Of a stretch of DNA of 64,000 bases, positions 10,776-20,568 are shown piece by piece. The notes beneath the pieces are model-generated. The model was given only the letters and a program-made list of their open reading frames with translations. It was not told the origin of the DNA and ran no database searches. The stretch's first letter is position 1; every line of letters begins with the position of its first letter. The DNA comes from Nitrospirota bacterium (lineage in GTDB: Bacteria; Nitrospirota; UBA9217): positions 96,001 through 160,000 of the forward strand of contig CAWIYV010000004.1 in NCBI GenBank assembly GCA_963840455.1, read 5' to 3'. The position numbers were made by a program, and so were the translations under genes.

Positions 10776-11633
10776 CTAAAGATTCAGGTTCATGCTGATG
10801 CTTGCGAGAATCGCGAAGATGACGAGGTCCGCGCATACGTGCGCAAGCCAGGGAGCCACCATGCCACGGCTTTTGCGGCGGATATGGCCGAGCATGATGC
10901 CGTAGATGAAGGCCATGCCAAAGCCCCATACCCCTTTCGGGAACCCCTGAAGAAAGTGCAGCGCGCCGAACAGGCCCGCCTGAAGAAGAAGCGAGAGAGC
11001 GCCGGGACCAAAGGCGCTGTCCGTTGACTGCATCACGATGCCGCGGAAGGCGGTCTCTTCCATGGCGGCGTTCAGGAAAGCGAATCCCAGGCCCAGGAAG
11101 GGATAGGTCCAGAACGGGACGGCCGGAATATAGGCGAGATGGCGGGAGAGATCAGGGCGCAGCGCGTAATTCCAGAGATACAGGGCTATGCCCGATAGTA
11201 CCGCTGTTGCCGCCACGAGGACCAGGATGCCCTTTCCGAGCTGACCCGGCCGCAGCCACGAGAGGGCCGAGCGGAGCTTCGGGACAAGGAGCGCGATCGG
11301 GAAATAGACGATGAGCGGGATGAGAAGTTTGTAAGGCCAGTTGCGGAACAGAGGAGACACGAGGGGCGCTGTTGTTACTGCGAGGAAGAAGAGGGAAAGG
11401 CTAAGCGCCTGCCTGCTGCTGACAAAGAATGAGGCGAGCATCAGAAGAACGAAGAAACCTGCTGTCCCGACGCCCGCTCCCGGCGTTGCTACGGCAACAA
11501 AAAAGGCAGCCAGGGAGATGACGATGATCAAGCTCCCGGATAAGGACGACTTCTCAGGCGGCTCGATGTATTGACTGAACATGGGAGGACGACTTTCTGG
11601 AGAATGAAAACATTTTTCTGCATCCCGGTTCAA
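10776..11633 (-). CDS. CPBP (CAAX/Abi) intramembrane metalloprotease
   Basis: Multi-TM; EETAFRG, FGALH and AHVCAD motifs. Confidence 0.9.
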   Translation of the reverse strand: MNRDAEKCFHSPESRPPMFSQYIEPPEKSSLSGSLIIVISLAAFFVAVATPGAGVGTAGFFVLLMLASFFVSSRQALSLSLFFLAVTTAPLVSPLFRNWPYKLLIPLIVYFPIALLVPKLRSALSWLRPGQLGKGILVLVAATAVLSGIALYLWNYALRPDLSRHLAYIPAVPFWTYPFLGLGFAFLNAAMEETAFRGIVMQSTDSAFGPGALSLLLQAGLFGALHFLQGFPKGVWGFGMAFIYGIMLGHIRRKSRGMVAPWLAHVCADLVIFAILASISMNLNL

Positions 11634-11786
11634 AGGTCTGTGCAGGCATGCATTGCCGCCCTGTTTACAAGTTTACTCGAGCACCGCAGCACTTCCCCTC
11701 GCCCGAAAAAACGGGCTCGGCCGTGTCTTCCTGGCTTGGTGGTGGCATTGGCCGGGACCGCTTTCGCATGCTTGTGCACAGACCTG

Positions 11787-11893
11787 TTGAAGCTCCCAAA
11801 AGCAAACTGCATGGAGCTTCGATCCTCAGGGTAGTCTTTATTCTAGTCGCTCGCTGAGCCCAAACTGCGGGGCTGAGCTCGCTCCTGGATTCA
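11787..11893 (+). mobile_element. ~110 bp two-hairpin MITE (family B), copy 1
   Basis: TTGAAGCTCCC...CGATCCTCAGGG...CGCTCGCT...GCTCGCTCCTGGATTCA; seven copies in the window. Confidence 0.75.
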
Positions 11894-11937
11894 CGGGATG
11901 CAGGGGCCCCTGGAAAGTCAGAGGCATTGGTCTTTTA

Positions 11938-12385
11938 TCCAAGCCCCGCATGTCCCCGGCGCGGCCCTATGAAATTCCTGGGCCCCCGTCTTGGCCTAAG
12001 GCAGCGTCCCGCAGGGCGAACGCGCATGTCTGAGGCCGAAGGCCGAGTTTGCGCGGGCGAGCGGACGTAGATTAAGGGTCAGGAATCCAGGAGCGAGCCT
12101 ATTCCGCGTGCCTTACTGCGGGATCGGCGAGCGATTAGAATGATAAAACTTCCCTACGGATCTGAGATTCCCTGGAGCATGCTGCAGGGAACGTCAATTT
12201 CATTCAGGACGCGAAGGGGATATGCAAAAAATGAAATAATATACCCACTCACGTTTAACCCTCTTCCTCGGTCGCCTGCCTGGATTTGCTCCCAAGTGCA
12301 AACGGTAGTGGAGCTTTGATCCTCAAGGTTGTATGTTTATCCTAAACGCTCGCTATGCGCTCGCTCCTGGATTTTCGCATGGGAC
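11938..12385 (+). repeat. Repeat family A module 2 and partial module 1, each interrupted by a family B copy (12083-12197 inverted; 12286-12373 deleted form)
   Basis: GGGTCAGGAAT|B(rc)|TTCATTCAGG and GCCTGGATT|B|TTCGCATGGG; removing B restores the intact A sequence. Confidence 0.8.
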
Positions 12386-12419
12386 TGCAGAATCGATACA
12401 GCCTGATAGCCCGGCGCCA

Positions 12420-12857
12420 CTATGCCGCAGCGCTTCCTTTCCCCAGCATTCCCGTTGACGACTCAACATAGCGAGTAAAGTTGTTGAGAATGGCTTGCCA
12501 CCCTCCCCGCTGCACTTCGATGGGATTTGTTTGTTCACTATCAAACGTTACGCGGACCCTGACGCCGCTCGGGCTATCGGCAAACTCGACCTGCGCCGCA
12601 CGGTCGCCGAAGGAATACTCGATCAGCTCGTGCTCCACGATCTTTGTGTAAGTCCCGGCGAAATCAAATCCCATACTGCCGTCCTTTGCCTCCATCCGTG
12701 AGGAGAAGGTACCGCCCACGCGCAGATCCACAGTGGCCTTGGTCGTGTGCCAATCAGCCGATGCGGCATTCCACTGTATAATATCCTCCGGTGTCGTATA
12801 GGCGGCCCAGACCTGTTCGATGGGCGCCTTGACTATGGTTTCAACGGTGATCTTCAT
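12420..12857 (-). CDS. SRPBCC/AHSA1 family protein
   Basis: APIEQVW, DLRVGG, MEAKDGSMGFDF and GWQAIL motifs; GAGGAGG RBS. Confidence 0.9.
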   Translation of the reverse strand: MKITVETIVKAPIEQVWAAYTTPEDIIQWNAASADWHTTKATVDLRVGGTFSSRMEAKDGSMGFDFAGTYTKIVEHELIEYSFGDRAAQVEFADSPSGVRVRVTFDSEQTNPIEVQRGGWQAILNNFTRYVESSTGMLGKGSAAA

Positions 12858-12900
12858 AGTGTGCCTCCTCTTGAATAGCAACTAATATCAATCTTTTATT

Positions 12901-13094
12901 TTGTCACCTTTCTTGCTTGCCCGAAGAAAGGTGACCCAAAGAATGCACCCGGCGAACATTCTGATCCGACATCCTCGGTCGTCCTCGGTACATTTTAGAA
13001 ACTCGCCCGCTAATGGTTTGAGTGGGCTCAGACAGTCTAAAATGTTTTACCCTCGTACTCGGTCGCCTGCCGGGAATGTCCGCATGGGACTTCT
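12901..13094 (+). repeat. Repeat family A module 1
   Basis: Near-identical to 6307-6500. Confidence 0.88.
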
Positions 13095-13169
13095 TAATAC
13101 TGATTCCTTCCACCTGCCTCGCGCGACGGGGCCTCCATCCTTATTCTCCGCTTACTTTGTCGCGCCGGG

Positions 13170-13652
13170 TCAGCCCTTATATGCCCGCTCGAGCGTCTTG
13201 ATGTCGAACTTCTTCATCTTGAGGAACGCCTCGGTCACCCGGGCAAGCCGCTCCCCGTTCTTGTCCTTCATCATTTTGTCCATGGCCGCCGGAACGATCT
13301 GCCACGATAGGCCGTACTTGTCCTTGAGCCAGCCGCACTGCTCCGCTTCCGGTACCGCCGAGAGCCTCTCCCAGTAGTAATCGATCTCCTTCTGGGTCTT
13401 GCAGCGGATGATGAACGAGATCGATTCGTTGAATTTGAAGAGCGGCCCGGCCGAGAGCAGCATGAACTCCTGCCCCATGAGGTCGATCGTGACGATCTCC
13501 ACCGTGCCGGACGGCGTGTTATTGAGCGTCGTTGTGCTCTTGATCTTCGACTTGGGGAACAGGTCGGTGTAGAATTCAGCCGCCTCCCTGGCCTCCTTGT
13601 CGAACCAGAGATGGGTCGTGATCTTATGGGTCATTATGGGTTTCTTCGTCAT
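13170..13652 (-). CDS. VOC family (PhnB / 3-demethylubiquinone-9 3-MT-like) protein
   Basis: HLWFD, FNESISF and CGWLKDKYGLSWQIVP motifs. Confidence 0.92.
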   Translation of the reverse strand: MTKKPIMTHKITTHLWFDKEAREAAEFYTDLFPKSKIKSTTTLNNTPSGTVEIVTIDLMGQEFMLLSAGPLFKFNESISFIIRCKTQKEIDYYWERLSAVPEAEQCGWLKDKYGLSWQIVPAAMDKMMKDKNGERLARVTEAFLKMKKFDIKTLERAYKG

Positions 13653-13693
13653 GTTCGTTCGCCTCCTTCTTTCTGCCGCCTTCCCTACTGCAA

Positions 13694-13809
13694 TTGAAGC
13701 TCCCTGTAGCAAGCTGCAGGGAATCTTCGATCCTTAAGGAAGTATCGTTATACTAATCGCTCGCTAACCCAGCGGCAAGCTACGGGGAATGCGCTCGCTC
13801 CTCGATTCA
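13694..13809 (+). mobile_element. Family B MITE, full copy
   Basis: TTGAAGCTCCCTGTAGCAAGCTGCAGGG ... CCCAGCGGCAAGCTACGGGGAATGCGCTCGCTCCTCGATTCA. Confidence 0.75.
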
Positions 13810-14091
13810 TCACAGCTTTCTGCAGGGATCTTAAATATAGTATACCACTGGAGGGCCGGCTTACCTGTGGATCTTCCCGCGGGGGACAGGACGGAGCATG
13901 CATCCGCGGGAATGTATGAGAAGTCAATGGCGCAGGAGAGTCGGAAGGAGCAATGACGGGAGAATATCATGATGTCAGGAAATCATGTCTGACCCGCTAC
14001 GATAAAAAAACATCTTGTTGTATTGTTGCGCATATTGTAATATATGCCCAAACGTATAAAGTCGGCCCGGGAGGGCCAACCAAGGAGGATC

Positions 14092-14481
14092 ATGATGGAT
14101 TCAAAGAAATTTTTGTTCGTGCTGTCCCATGCGAAGTCAAATCTCAAGGAAGTGATCGTCATGCTGAAGATCATTTCCAATATGAAGGCATTCGAAGACG
14201 ATGTAGAGATAGCGGTATTCCTCGTCGGAGAAGGCGTCGAGCTTGCAAAAAAGGGAGTGGGAAAGACCATGACCATGGAGCTGGAAGGCAATCAGGTCAA
14301 CGTCGGCGAGCTGCTGGACATGATGCCCGACTTTAATGTGAAGTTCTACGTTTGCCACGCCTTCATGCCGTTGCATAACGTTCTCAAGGAAGACCTGATC
14401 GAAGGGGCCGAGATGAAAGGAAGTTCCTACCTCGGCGAGCTGCTCCTGGCCGGCTACACTCCTTTTCCGATGGCCATGTAG
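14092..14481 (+). CDS. DsrE-family protein
   Basis: VFLVGEGVEL and FYVC motifs; AAGGAGG RBS. Confidence 0.75.
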   Translation: MMDSKKFLFVLSHAKSNLKEVIVMLKIISNMKAFEDDVEIAVFLVGEGVELAKKGVGKTMTMELEGNQVNVGELLDMMPDFNVKFYVCHAFMPLHNVLKEDLIEGAEMKGSSYLGELLLAGYTPFPMAM

Positions 14482-14509
14482 AAACCAGCTATCCCTGCAG
14501 TGTCAGGCG

Positions 14510-14703
14510 TTGAAGCTCCCTGCAGCAAGCTGCAGGGAATCTCCGATCCTCAGGGTAGAACTATATTATTCTCATCGCTCGCTCCTGGATTGAAGCTCCC
14601 TGAAGATAACGGCATGGAGCTTCGATCCTCAAGGTACCTCTTTATCCTCATCGCTCGCTAACCCCGCAGCAAACTGCGGGGAATGCGCTCGCTCCTGGAT
14701 TCA
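14510..14703 (+). mobile_element. Family B MITE, head-to-tail tandem pair
   Basis: Junction CTCCTGGATT-GAAGCTCCC at ~14590. Confidence 0.75.
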
Positions 14704-14705
14704 TA

Positions 14706-14733
14706 AAGGCCGGAGAGACATTCCGGCTTTTCT
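14706..14733 (+). terminator. Probable intrinsic terminator hairpin
   Basis: AAGGCCGGA-GAGACAT-TCCGGCTTTTCTT between convergent genes. Confidence 0.55.
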
Positions 14734-14809
14734 TGTCTGCGCTTTTTCTCCGGTTGCGACGTCTTCTTACTTCATCTGTAATCAGCATGGGGTCACCCAT
14801 TTGAAGGCT

Positions 14810-15721
14810 CTAGATTGAACAAACGCCCGTTGCGGAATCGCACGCTGCAGCACTGACCGTTGGCAGGAGAAAATAGCCGTTGCCTGCTTCACGCTTCCGG
14901 ATCATCCGCTTGTTCAACAGCGAGTCGATCGCGTTCTTCAGTTCGTCATTGGTAAGGTCGAAGGTCATCTGGATCTCGATCGGCGCCGCGGAACCATACT
15001 TGGTTATGAACGCCATGATCGTCTCTTCATTGGCCGCGACCGGATGTTCCTGGATCTCTCCGCCCGACAGATGCCCGATCAGCGCCTTGAACTCCTCATA
15101 CCGTTTGTATCCTCGGATCGTCATCTCCCTCTCCCCATATTTCAGCAGGAATGAAGGAAAGCCTCGCGCCCCGTACCTGGCCGTGACCGCAAGGTCCTGC
15201 TCAAAGGCTCGTTGCGCAGGACCATGGGTAAAGTCATCGAGGAAACGGGCAATATCAAGCCCGACCTCCGATGCCAGTTCCAGCAGGATCTCGGTCTTGT
15301 TCGTTTGCCTGGCCTCGGCAGCCGAAGCTTCCCGGATGCGCCGAAGGAACTTGTTTGCGAGCTTCTGATCCTGAATTTGTGCGGCCTTATAGGCGATGTT
15401 CTGCGGATACGTTGAGGGATGCTCCCGGGAAAAGAGCTTGAAGCCCTCGCTCCTCACCGGCATGCCGTGACGTTCGGACGCATCCACCCAATGTTTGGCA
15501 ATGTTCCTGTTGGAGCGGTCAGGGTCGCCGCCGATGTCATTATAGCTGTCATAGAATGACGTGATGTCCTGGACCAGCCCGCCCATGATGTAGCCGATAT
15601 TTATTTGTTCACCGAACCTGGTTTCGAGCTTTCGGAGCACCGGTTCGCTGCCCCAGCACCAGGTACAAACAGGATCGGTAAATTCGGTGATCTCTATCAT
15701 CTTATTGTTTGTTGTATTCAT
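14810..15721 (-). CDS. DsbA-family (SpxH/YjbH-like) thioredoxin-fold protein
   Basis: FTDPVCTWCWG, GFPSF and a C-terminal CDSATGVC. Confidence 0.85.
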   Translation of the reverse strand: MNTTNNKMIEITEFTDPVCTWCWGSEPVLRKLETRFGEQINIGYIMGGLVQDITSFYDSYNDIGGDPDRSNRNIAKHWVDASERHGMPVRSEGFKLFSREHPSTYPQNIAYKAAQIQDQKLANKFLRRIREASAAEARQTNKTEILLELASEVGLDIARFLDDFTHGPAQRAFEQDLAVTARYGARGFPSFLLKYGEREMTIRGYKRYEEFKALIGHLSGGEIQEHPVAANEETIMAFITKYGSAAPIEIQMTFDLTNDELKNAIDSLLNKRMIRKREAGNGYFLLPTVSAAACDSATGVCSI

Positions 15722-15898
15722 GACGGATCATACCTCTTAGACGTACCTCGGTCACCCCGGGGGCGGCGTCGAGTTGATCAAACGGCTACTTCTGTTGATT
15801 AACGTATAGCACTCCTCCGCCATGCCAAAAGATGGCGATTGAGTTCCGCTCCATGGTACAATTAAAGCAGGATAACAGTTCACTAAGGAGGTGTCGCC

Positions 15899-16429
15899 AT
15901 GAAAAAGACCCTATTGTTCATTGTCGTGATCCTGTCTGCCTTCGCGTTCGGTTCATCGGCCTTCGCAGGAGAAAAGATGGGAGCGCCTGTTGCTCATTCC
16001 AAGGACTTTGATCGGATGAAAGGGCTGGTGGGCGTATGGGAAGGAAAGGCGGATATGGGAAAAGGCGTGGAGCAGTTCAAGGTTACCTATGAACTGACGT
16101 CCGCGGGCAACGCCATCGTGGAGAAGTTCGCGGCCGGCCAACCCCATGAGATGGTCACGATGTACCATGACTATAACGGGAAGCTTGTTCTGACCCACTA
16201 CTGTTCGCTCGGGAACCAGCCCCACATGGAGCTCACGACATCCGGGGATGGCGCCATGCTGTTCGCCCTGTCGGAAAAAGCGCCGAACCTTGTCTCGCTG
16301 CAGGAGACGCACATGCACGCCCATGGCATCGTCATCGACGGCAAGAACAGTATGACGCAGACCTGGACGCTCTATGACAAGGGAGCGAAGGTGAACGAGG
16401 TGTCGGTTAAGTTGATACGCGTAATGTAA
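15899..16429 (+). CDS. Exported hypothetical protein (lipocalin-like beta-barrel)
   Basis: Signal peptide; LVGVWEG, THYCSLGNQP and HMH; AAGGAGG RBS. Confidence 0.7.
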   Translation: MKKTLLFIVVILSAFAFGSSAFAGEKMGAPVAHSKDFDRMKGLVGVWEGKADMGKGVEQFKVTYELTSAGNAIVEKFAAGQPHEMVTMYHDYNGKLVLTHYCSLGNQPHMELTTSGDGAMLFALSEKAPNLVSLQETHMHAHGIVIDGKNSMTQTWTLYDKGAKVNEVSVKLIRVM

Positions 16430-16498
16430 CAGAGACGCCGCAGGAAGCGGCGCACCTGGTCCGGGATTGCCGAGATCCAGGCCGGCGATCGAGGGGAC

Positions 16499-17092
16499 AT
16501 GAGAAAAATAATCGTCTTATCAATGATCACCTTAGATGGAGTAATGCAAGCACCTGGTGGACCTAAGGAAGATACGTCAGGCCGTTTCAAATATGGCGGT
16601 TGGGTTGCACCTTATGGTGACGAAGTTTATGGCAAGGTCATGGAAAAACAGATGAAACCTGCAGATCTTCTTTTGGGCAGAAAAACATTTGAGATTTTTG
16701 CCTCCTACTGGCCAGAGCATGAAAATGGATGGCCGGGCATCAATGATGTCACAAAATACGTCATGTCCAAGACCAAGAAAAAGTCAGATTGGAAAAACTC
16801 GGTTTTCCTCAAAAACCTGGCAGATATCAAAAAGCTCAAACATTCAAAAGGTTCTGACATTAAAGTCTGGGGCAGCGGTAAACTTATTCAGCTGTTGCTG
16901 AAGAATGATCTCGTGGACGAACTCTGGCTCAATATTCACCCGTTGACTCTTGGTAAAGGAAAAAAGTTGTTTGACAATGGCGCGATCCCGGCAGCATTTA
17001 CATTAATAGAGAGTACTGTTACAACAAGTGGAGTGATTATTGCCAATTACAAGCGAGCTGGAAAAGTCAAGACAGGTACTGTTGGAGCTTAA
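16499..17092 (+). CDS. Dihydrofolate reductase family (RibD C-terminal) protein; AT-rich
   Basis: ITLDGVMQAPGG, LLGRKT, GSGKL and LGKGKKLF motifs. Confidence 0.9.
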   Translation: MRKIIVLSMITLDGVMQAPGGPKEDTSGRFKYGGWVAPYGDEVYGKVMEKQMKPADLLLGRKTFEIFASYWPEHENGWPGINDVTKYVMSKTKKKSDWKNSVFLKNLADIKKLKHSKGSDIKVWGSGKLIQLLLKNDLVDELWLNIHPLTLGKGKKLFDNGAIPAAFTLIESTVTTSGVIIANYKRAGKVKTGTVGA

Positions 17093-17172
17093 GGCGGCTA
17101 ACCTATTAATATTTTCCCAGATACGCTGATGTCTTCACCAGGCGTTCTACAAACGCCTCATTTTCTCTGTCA

Positions 17173-17292
17173 AATGTAAAGACTTGATCCTATAGGTTTT
17201 ACTTCATGAACCACTTGGCAGATCAACAAGTCATCAATTCAAGTCTGACCCCCGACAGTCCTACCCAGATTCAAGTCTGACCCGATACGTCC
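17173..17292. repeat. TGACCC-core cassette-boundary repeat (family C), partial copy plus extra cores
   Basis: CTTCATGAACCACTTGGCAGATCAACAAGTCATCAATTCAAGTCTGACCCCCGACAGTCC, matching 20012, 25738 and 26688. Confidence 0.85.
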
Positions 17293-17316
17293 GCACTAAG
17301 AGGTCCGGGCATACCG

Positions 17317-17844
17317 CTAGCCGACCTTGCCAGGATGTTCGCGCCGAACCATCTGGATAACCTCGTCCAGTTTCTGCAAAAAGCTTGACCTGTCGCGGCT
17401 GGAGAAGGGTGCCGGCCCCCCGGTGATCTCGCCGTTCCCACGCAGTTCTGCAAGCAGGTTACGGGTTGCGACCGCATCTCCGATATTTTCCTCGGTGAAG
17501 GCCTTCCCCGTATGGCCGATCGCGTACGCACCAGCTTTGATGCATCGGCTCGCGAGGAGAACATCAGCCGTGACCACGATGTCGAGGGGAGTGATATTGG
17601 CAACGATCCAGTTGTCGGCCTCATCGAGCCCATCGCCGACAACGTGAAGTACGATCCCATCCTCGGTGGGCACGCGCATCCAGGAGTTGGCCACCAGGGT
17701 GACACCTATAGCATACCTGGCTGCGACCCGGTAGACCTCTTGCTTCACCGGGCATGCGTCGGCATCTACGAAAATATTCAGCAATCGATATCCTTGTTTG
17801 ACAAACTCAGAAGGATCCAGTGAGGTTGTCTCCAGCCGATCCAT
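17317..17844 (-). CDS. YaiI/YqxD (DUF188) family protein
   Basis: IFVDADACPVK, ADNWI, VVTAD and GGPAPF motifs; start codon uncertain. Confidence 0.9.
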   Translation of the reverse strand: MDRLETTSLDPSEFVKQGYRLLNIFVDADACPVKQEVYRVAARYAIGVTLVANSWMRVPTEDGIVLHVVGDGLDEADNWIVANITPLDIVVTADVLLASRCIKAGAYAIGHTGKAFTEENIGDAVATRNLLAELRGNGEITGGPAPFSSRDRSSFLQKLDEVIQMVRREHPGKVG

Positions 17845-17846
17845 CG

Positions 17847-17954
17847 TTGAAGCTCCCGCCAGCAACGGCATGGAGCTTCGATCCTCAGGGTAGTAATTTA
17901 TTCTAATCGCTCGCTAACCCCGGTTACGGGGAATGCACTCGCTCCTCGATTCAA
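17847..17954 (+). mobile_element. Family B MITE copy
   Basis: TTGAAGCTCCC...GCACTCGCTCCTCGATTCAA. Confidence 0.75.
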
Positions 17955-18043
17955 TTGTTGGGTCTTCTGACTTTCGTGTGGGCATGCAAAGTGTTTTTAA
18001 AGAATAATATGCTGAATTATCAGGCCTCAGACGACCTTCCAGC

Positions 18044-18430
18044 CACCTTTCTTGCTTGCCCGAAGAAAGGTGGAGCCAAAGAAGGGCACCCGGCGACCAT
18101 TCTGATCCGTCATGCTCGGTCGTCCTCAGTACATTTCAGAAACTCGGGCTTCGCCCTCAGACAGTCTGAAATGTTTAACCCTCGGACTCGGCCGCATGAC
18201 GGGAATGATCGCATGGGTGGAGGTCAACGGCTTTACAAGCTTTTACCCAAACCCCGCATGTCCCCGGAGCGGCCCTATGAATTTTCTGGGCACCCGTCTT
18301 GGCCAAAGGCAGCGTCCCGCAGGGCGCTGCGCACTGTCTGAGGCCGAAGGCCGAGTTTGCGCGGGCGAGCGGACGTGGCCTTAGTCGGGTCAGAAAATTC
18401 ATTCAGGACACGAAGGGGATATGCAAAAAA
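18044..18430 (+). repeat. Repeat family A full copy
   Basis: Modules 1 and 2 as at 6307 and 7672. Confidence 0.9.
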
Positions 18431-18486
18431 AGTTACATGGGCGAATATTACCCACACAAAACCCGGAAGATCGCAATTTTTTTGAT

Positions 18487-19389
18487 CTAGTCAAGCGCCC
18501 CATGTTCTTTTGCAGTCTTGATCCAGTGTTCGGCCAGTTCGGCAGGATCTGCGCCCACACCACGGCCAAGGTGCAGCGCCAATCCCATCAATAATTCCGA
18601 TGCCTTGCGGAGATCGGTGACATTGTCCAGGGTGCCAAATGATCCTTGAGCTTTCAAAAGGAGGAGATCGTGATGCTGGCGAGAAAAAGCTGTGGAATCC
18701 TGTAAGCCATCCGCGAACACAGGGATCATCAACAGGTCGATCCACTCGGGACCAAGCCGGTCCTGCAATTGTTCTGGCTCTTCTCTGCCCATCTCTCGCC
18801 AGAGACGCAAGGTCTGCCGGTCACCCGATCCGGCCAAGCCACTTTCCAGCAGAAAGGCGAAAGCGCTGTCAGCTAAACGTTGCATCAGTTCGAGATACTC
18901 ATCCTGAGCAACTTCGAAGCGCTTCGCGGCCTGTGCTTCAATGTAGGCGGCAACACTCAATCGAGGCAGATCTAAAACTTCCGGACACCCTTCTATACAG
19001 GGGAAATCACTCCCTTGGTACAGGTAGTAAAGCTCCTCGCCCTGCCTTTGGCGGCCAAGAGGATACAACCGGCAGGCCAATGGGCGCCGCGAATGCACGG
19101 TGCAGCCGAGATCAGGTGCATACTGGCTACATGCCGGCTGCTGTCTCCAGCCGGGTGCACCATCAAAACGCAACTGGATGCCACCAAAATCGCAGTAACG
19201 ATCGCGAAACACCCTCGGTGTCATTCCTTTTGCTTCAGCCATACACGCCAGTTCCCACGGGTTCAACCAGACAGTTTTGCCATGACAGCAGGTGCCTGAA
19301 CGTGAACAGGTAAGCGGCAGAATATCAGTAAGGGTGAGTTTTGTCGTGACCGACATTGCGGGTTTTCCTTTTGTCTTCCCTTTGTTCAA
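18487..19389 (-). CDS. YkgJ-family (CxxCxxCC-type) cysteine cluster protein
   Basis: CSRSGTCC, CSQY, CTVH and RPLACRLYP motifs. Confidence 0.85.
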   Translation of the reverse strand: MNKGKTKGKPAMSVTTKLTLTDILPLTCSRSGTCCHGKTVWLNPWELACMAEAKGMTPRVFRDRYCDFGGIQLRFDGAPGWRQQPACSQYAPDLGCTVHSRRPLACRLYPLGRQRQGEELYYLYQGSDFPCIEGCPEVLDLPRLSVAAYIEAQAAKRFEVAQDEYLELMQRLADSAFAFLLESGLAGSGDRQTLRLWREMGREEPEQLQDRLGPEWIDLLMIPVFADGLQDSTAFSRQHHDLLLLKAQGSFGTLDNVTDLRKASELLMGLALHLGRGVGADPAELAEHWIKTAKEHGALD

Positions 19390-19401
19390 TTTCTCTCCTG
19401 C

Positions 19402-20028
19402 TCATCGGACTTCCGGCTGAGGCTGGGTCCTCTGCGGCTTGCGGAAAGCGCGGATGATCATGGGAACGACGAGCATCGCGGCAAGAACGATCCACATCGT
19501 TGTGTCGGGATCGCGGATGTACTGGTTCAGATGCAACGTCGCGACCGCAATGACCGCGTAATACAGCATGTCCCCGGCGATCGCAAAGAGCCAGCCCATG
19601 AGGAAGCCATGTCCCGCTGCCATCGCCGATGCCCGCCCGGTCATCGGGTCCACGCCAAAAGAGATCATAACGAGCGAAATGGGGCCTGCACCGGTGCCGC
19701 TTAAGTGTTGCGCGCTCCTGGCCGCTGCAGCCTTCATCCGTGCGCTGAGGCGGGCGAGGAAGGTCACCTTCCCCGCCACCCATGCGAGCAGTCGAAGGAC
19801 CGGCTCGAACGCGAGCGCGAGCAGAATGTCGGAGATCAGGTAGAGACCCGCGGTCACGGGCCAGACCAGCCCCTTATCACGAGCGAGCAAAACGCCGGCC
19901 GGGATCCCGCCGCCGACAGGGATGAGGAAGAGCATCAATACGGAGAGCATGGGGGATACTAACAAAACAGACAGGCAAAGGCAATCGAAGAAAGAGTATC
20001 GGACAAGTAGTAGCGTGTGATCGAACAA
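19402..20028 (-). CDS. Hypothetical membrane protein
   Basis: Multi-TM; IPVGGGIPAG and FGVDPMTG; true start uncertain (possibly ~19950). Confidence 0.7.
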   Translation of the reverse strand: MFDHTLLLVRYSFFDCLCLSVLLVSPMLSVLMLFLIPVGGGIPAGVLLARDKGLVWPVTAGLYLISDILLALAFEPVLRLLAWVAGKVTFLARLSARMKAAAARSAQHLSGTGAGPISLVMISFGVDPMTGRASAMAAGHGFLMGWLFAIAGDMLYYAVIAVATLHLNQYIRDPDTTMWIVLAAMLVVPMIIRAFRKPQRTQPQPEVR

Positions 20029-20115
20029 CTACAGATCCACGTCTGACCCCAAACGCTTCATGACTCACTTGGCAGATTAACAAGTCATCAAGTCAAGTCT
20101 GACCCTCGACAGTCC
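20012..20115. repeat. Family C repeat, full ~104 bp copy
   Basis: AGCGTGTGATCGAACAACTACAGAT..TCTGACCCCAAACGCTTCATG...TCAAGTCTGACCCTCGACAGTCC. Confidence 0.9.
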
Positions 20116-20127
20116 TTATTAGTTCAT

Positions 20128-20568
20128 CTATAGTTCTTTCACTTCCACTCGGGCTTGAGTCCATGTATGCCGGCAATTCTTGCAACTCATATGATCCGTG
20201 TAACCCGTTCTCATGACCGGGACGATTACTTCTTTTTCAATAGTCCTGATGATCTGACCTTTTGCATTTTTCACACGCTCAGTCAGCTTCTTCGTCTTAG
20301 TACCTTTTTCCCGTCCATTCTGTACAGAAGATTCTAGTTTAGCAACGAACCAATAGCTGCATGACGGACAACGCAAAGTCTGCCCCCAATAATAATACCC
20401 TGCTGAAATGAGTGCGCACGCAGCACCGATTAGTTCCGCGATCCGTATTTTTGACCCCGCGTCCCCGGGAGGAAGTCCATGGAAATACCGCCATGCTAAA
20501 TTGACACCGAAAAGCGCCGGAAGAATGATAAAGAGCAGCCAACGCACACCAGGACGCATTTTGTTCAT
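20128..20568 (-). CDS. Hypothetical 2-TM protein with split zinc ribbon
   Basis: Two TM helices, CPSC ... CKNC; overlaps the upstream gene's stop. Confidence 0.7.
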   Translation of the reverse strand: MNKMRPGVRWLLFIILPALFGVNLAWRYFHGLPPGDAGSKIRIAELIGAACALISAGYYYWGQTLRCPSCSYWFVAKLESSVQNGREKGTKTKKLTERVKNAKGQIIRTIEKEVIVPVMRTGYTDHMSCKNCRHTWTQARVEVKEL

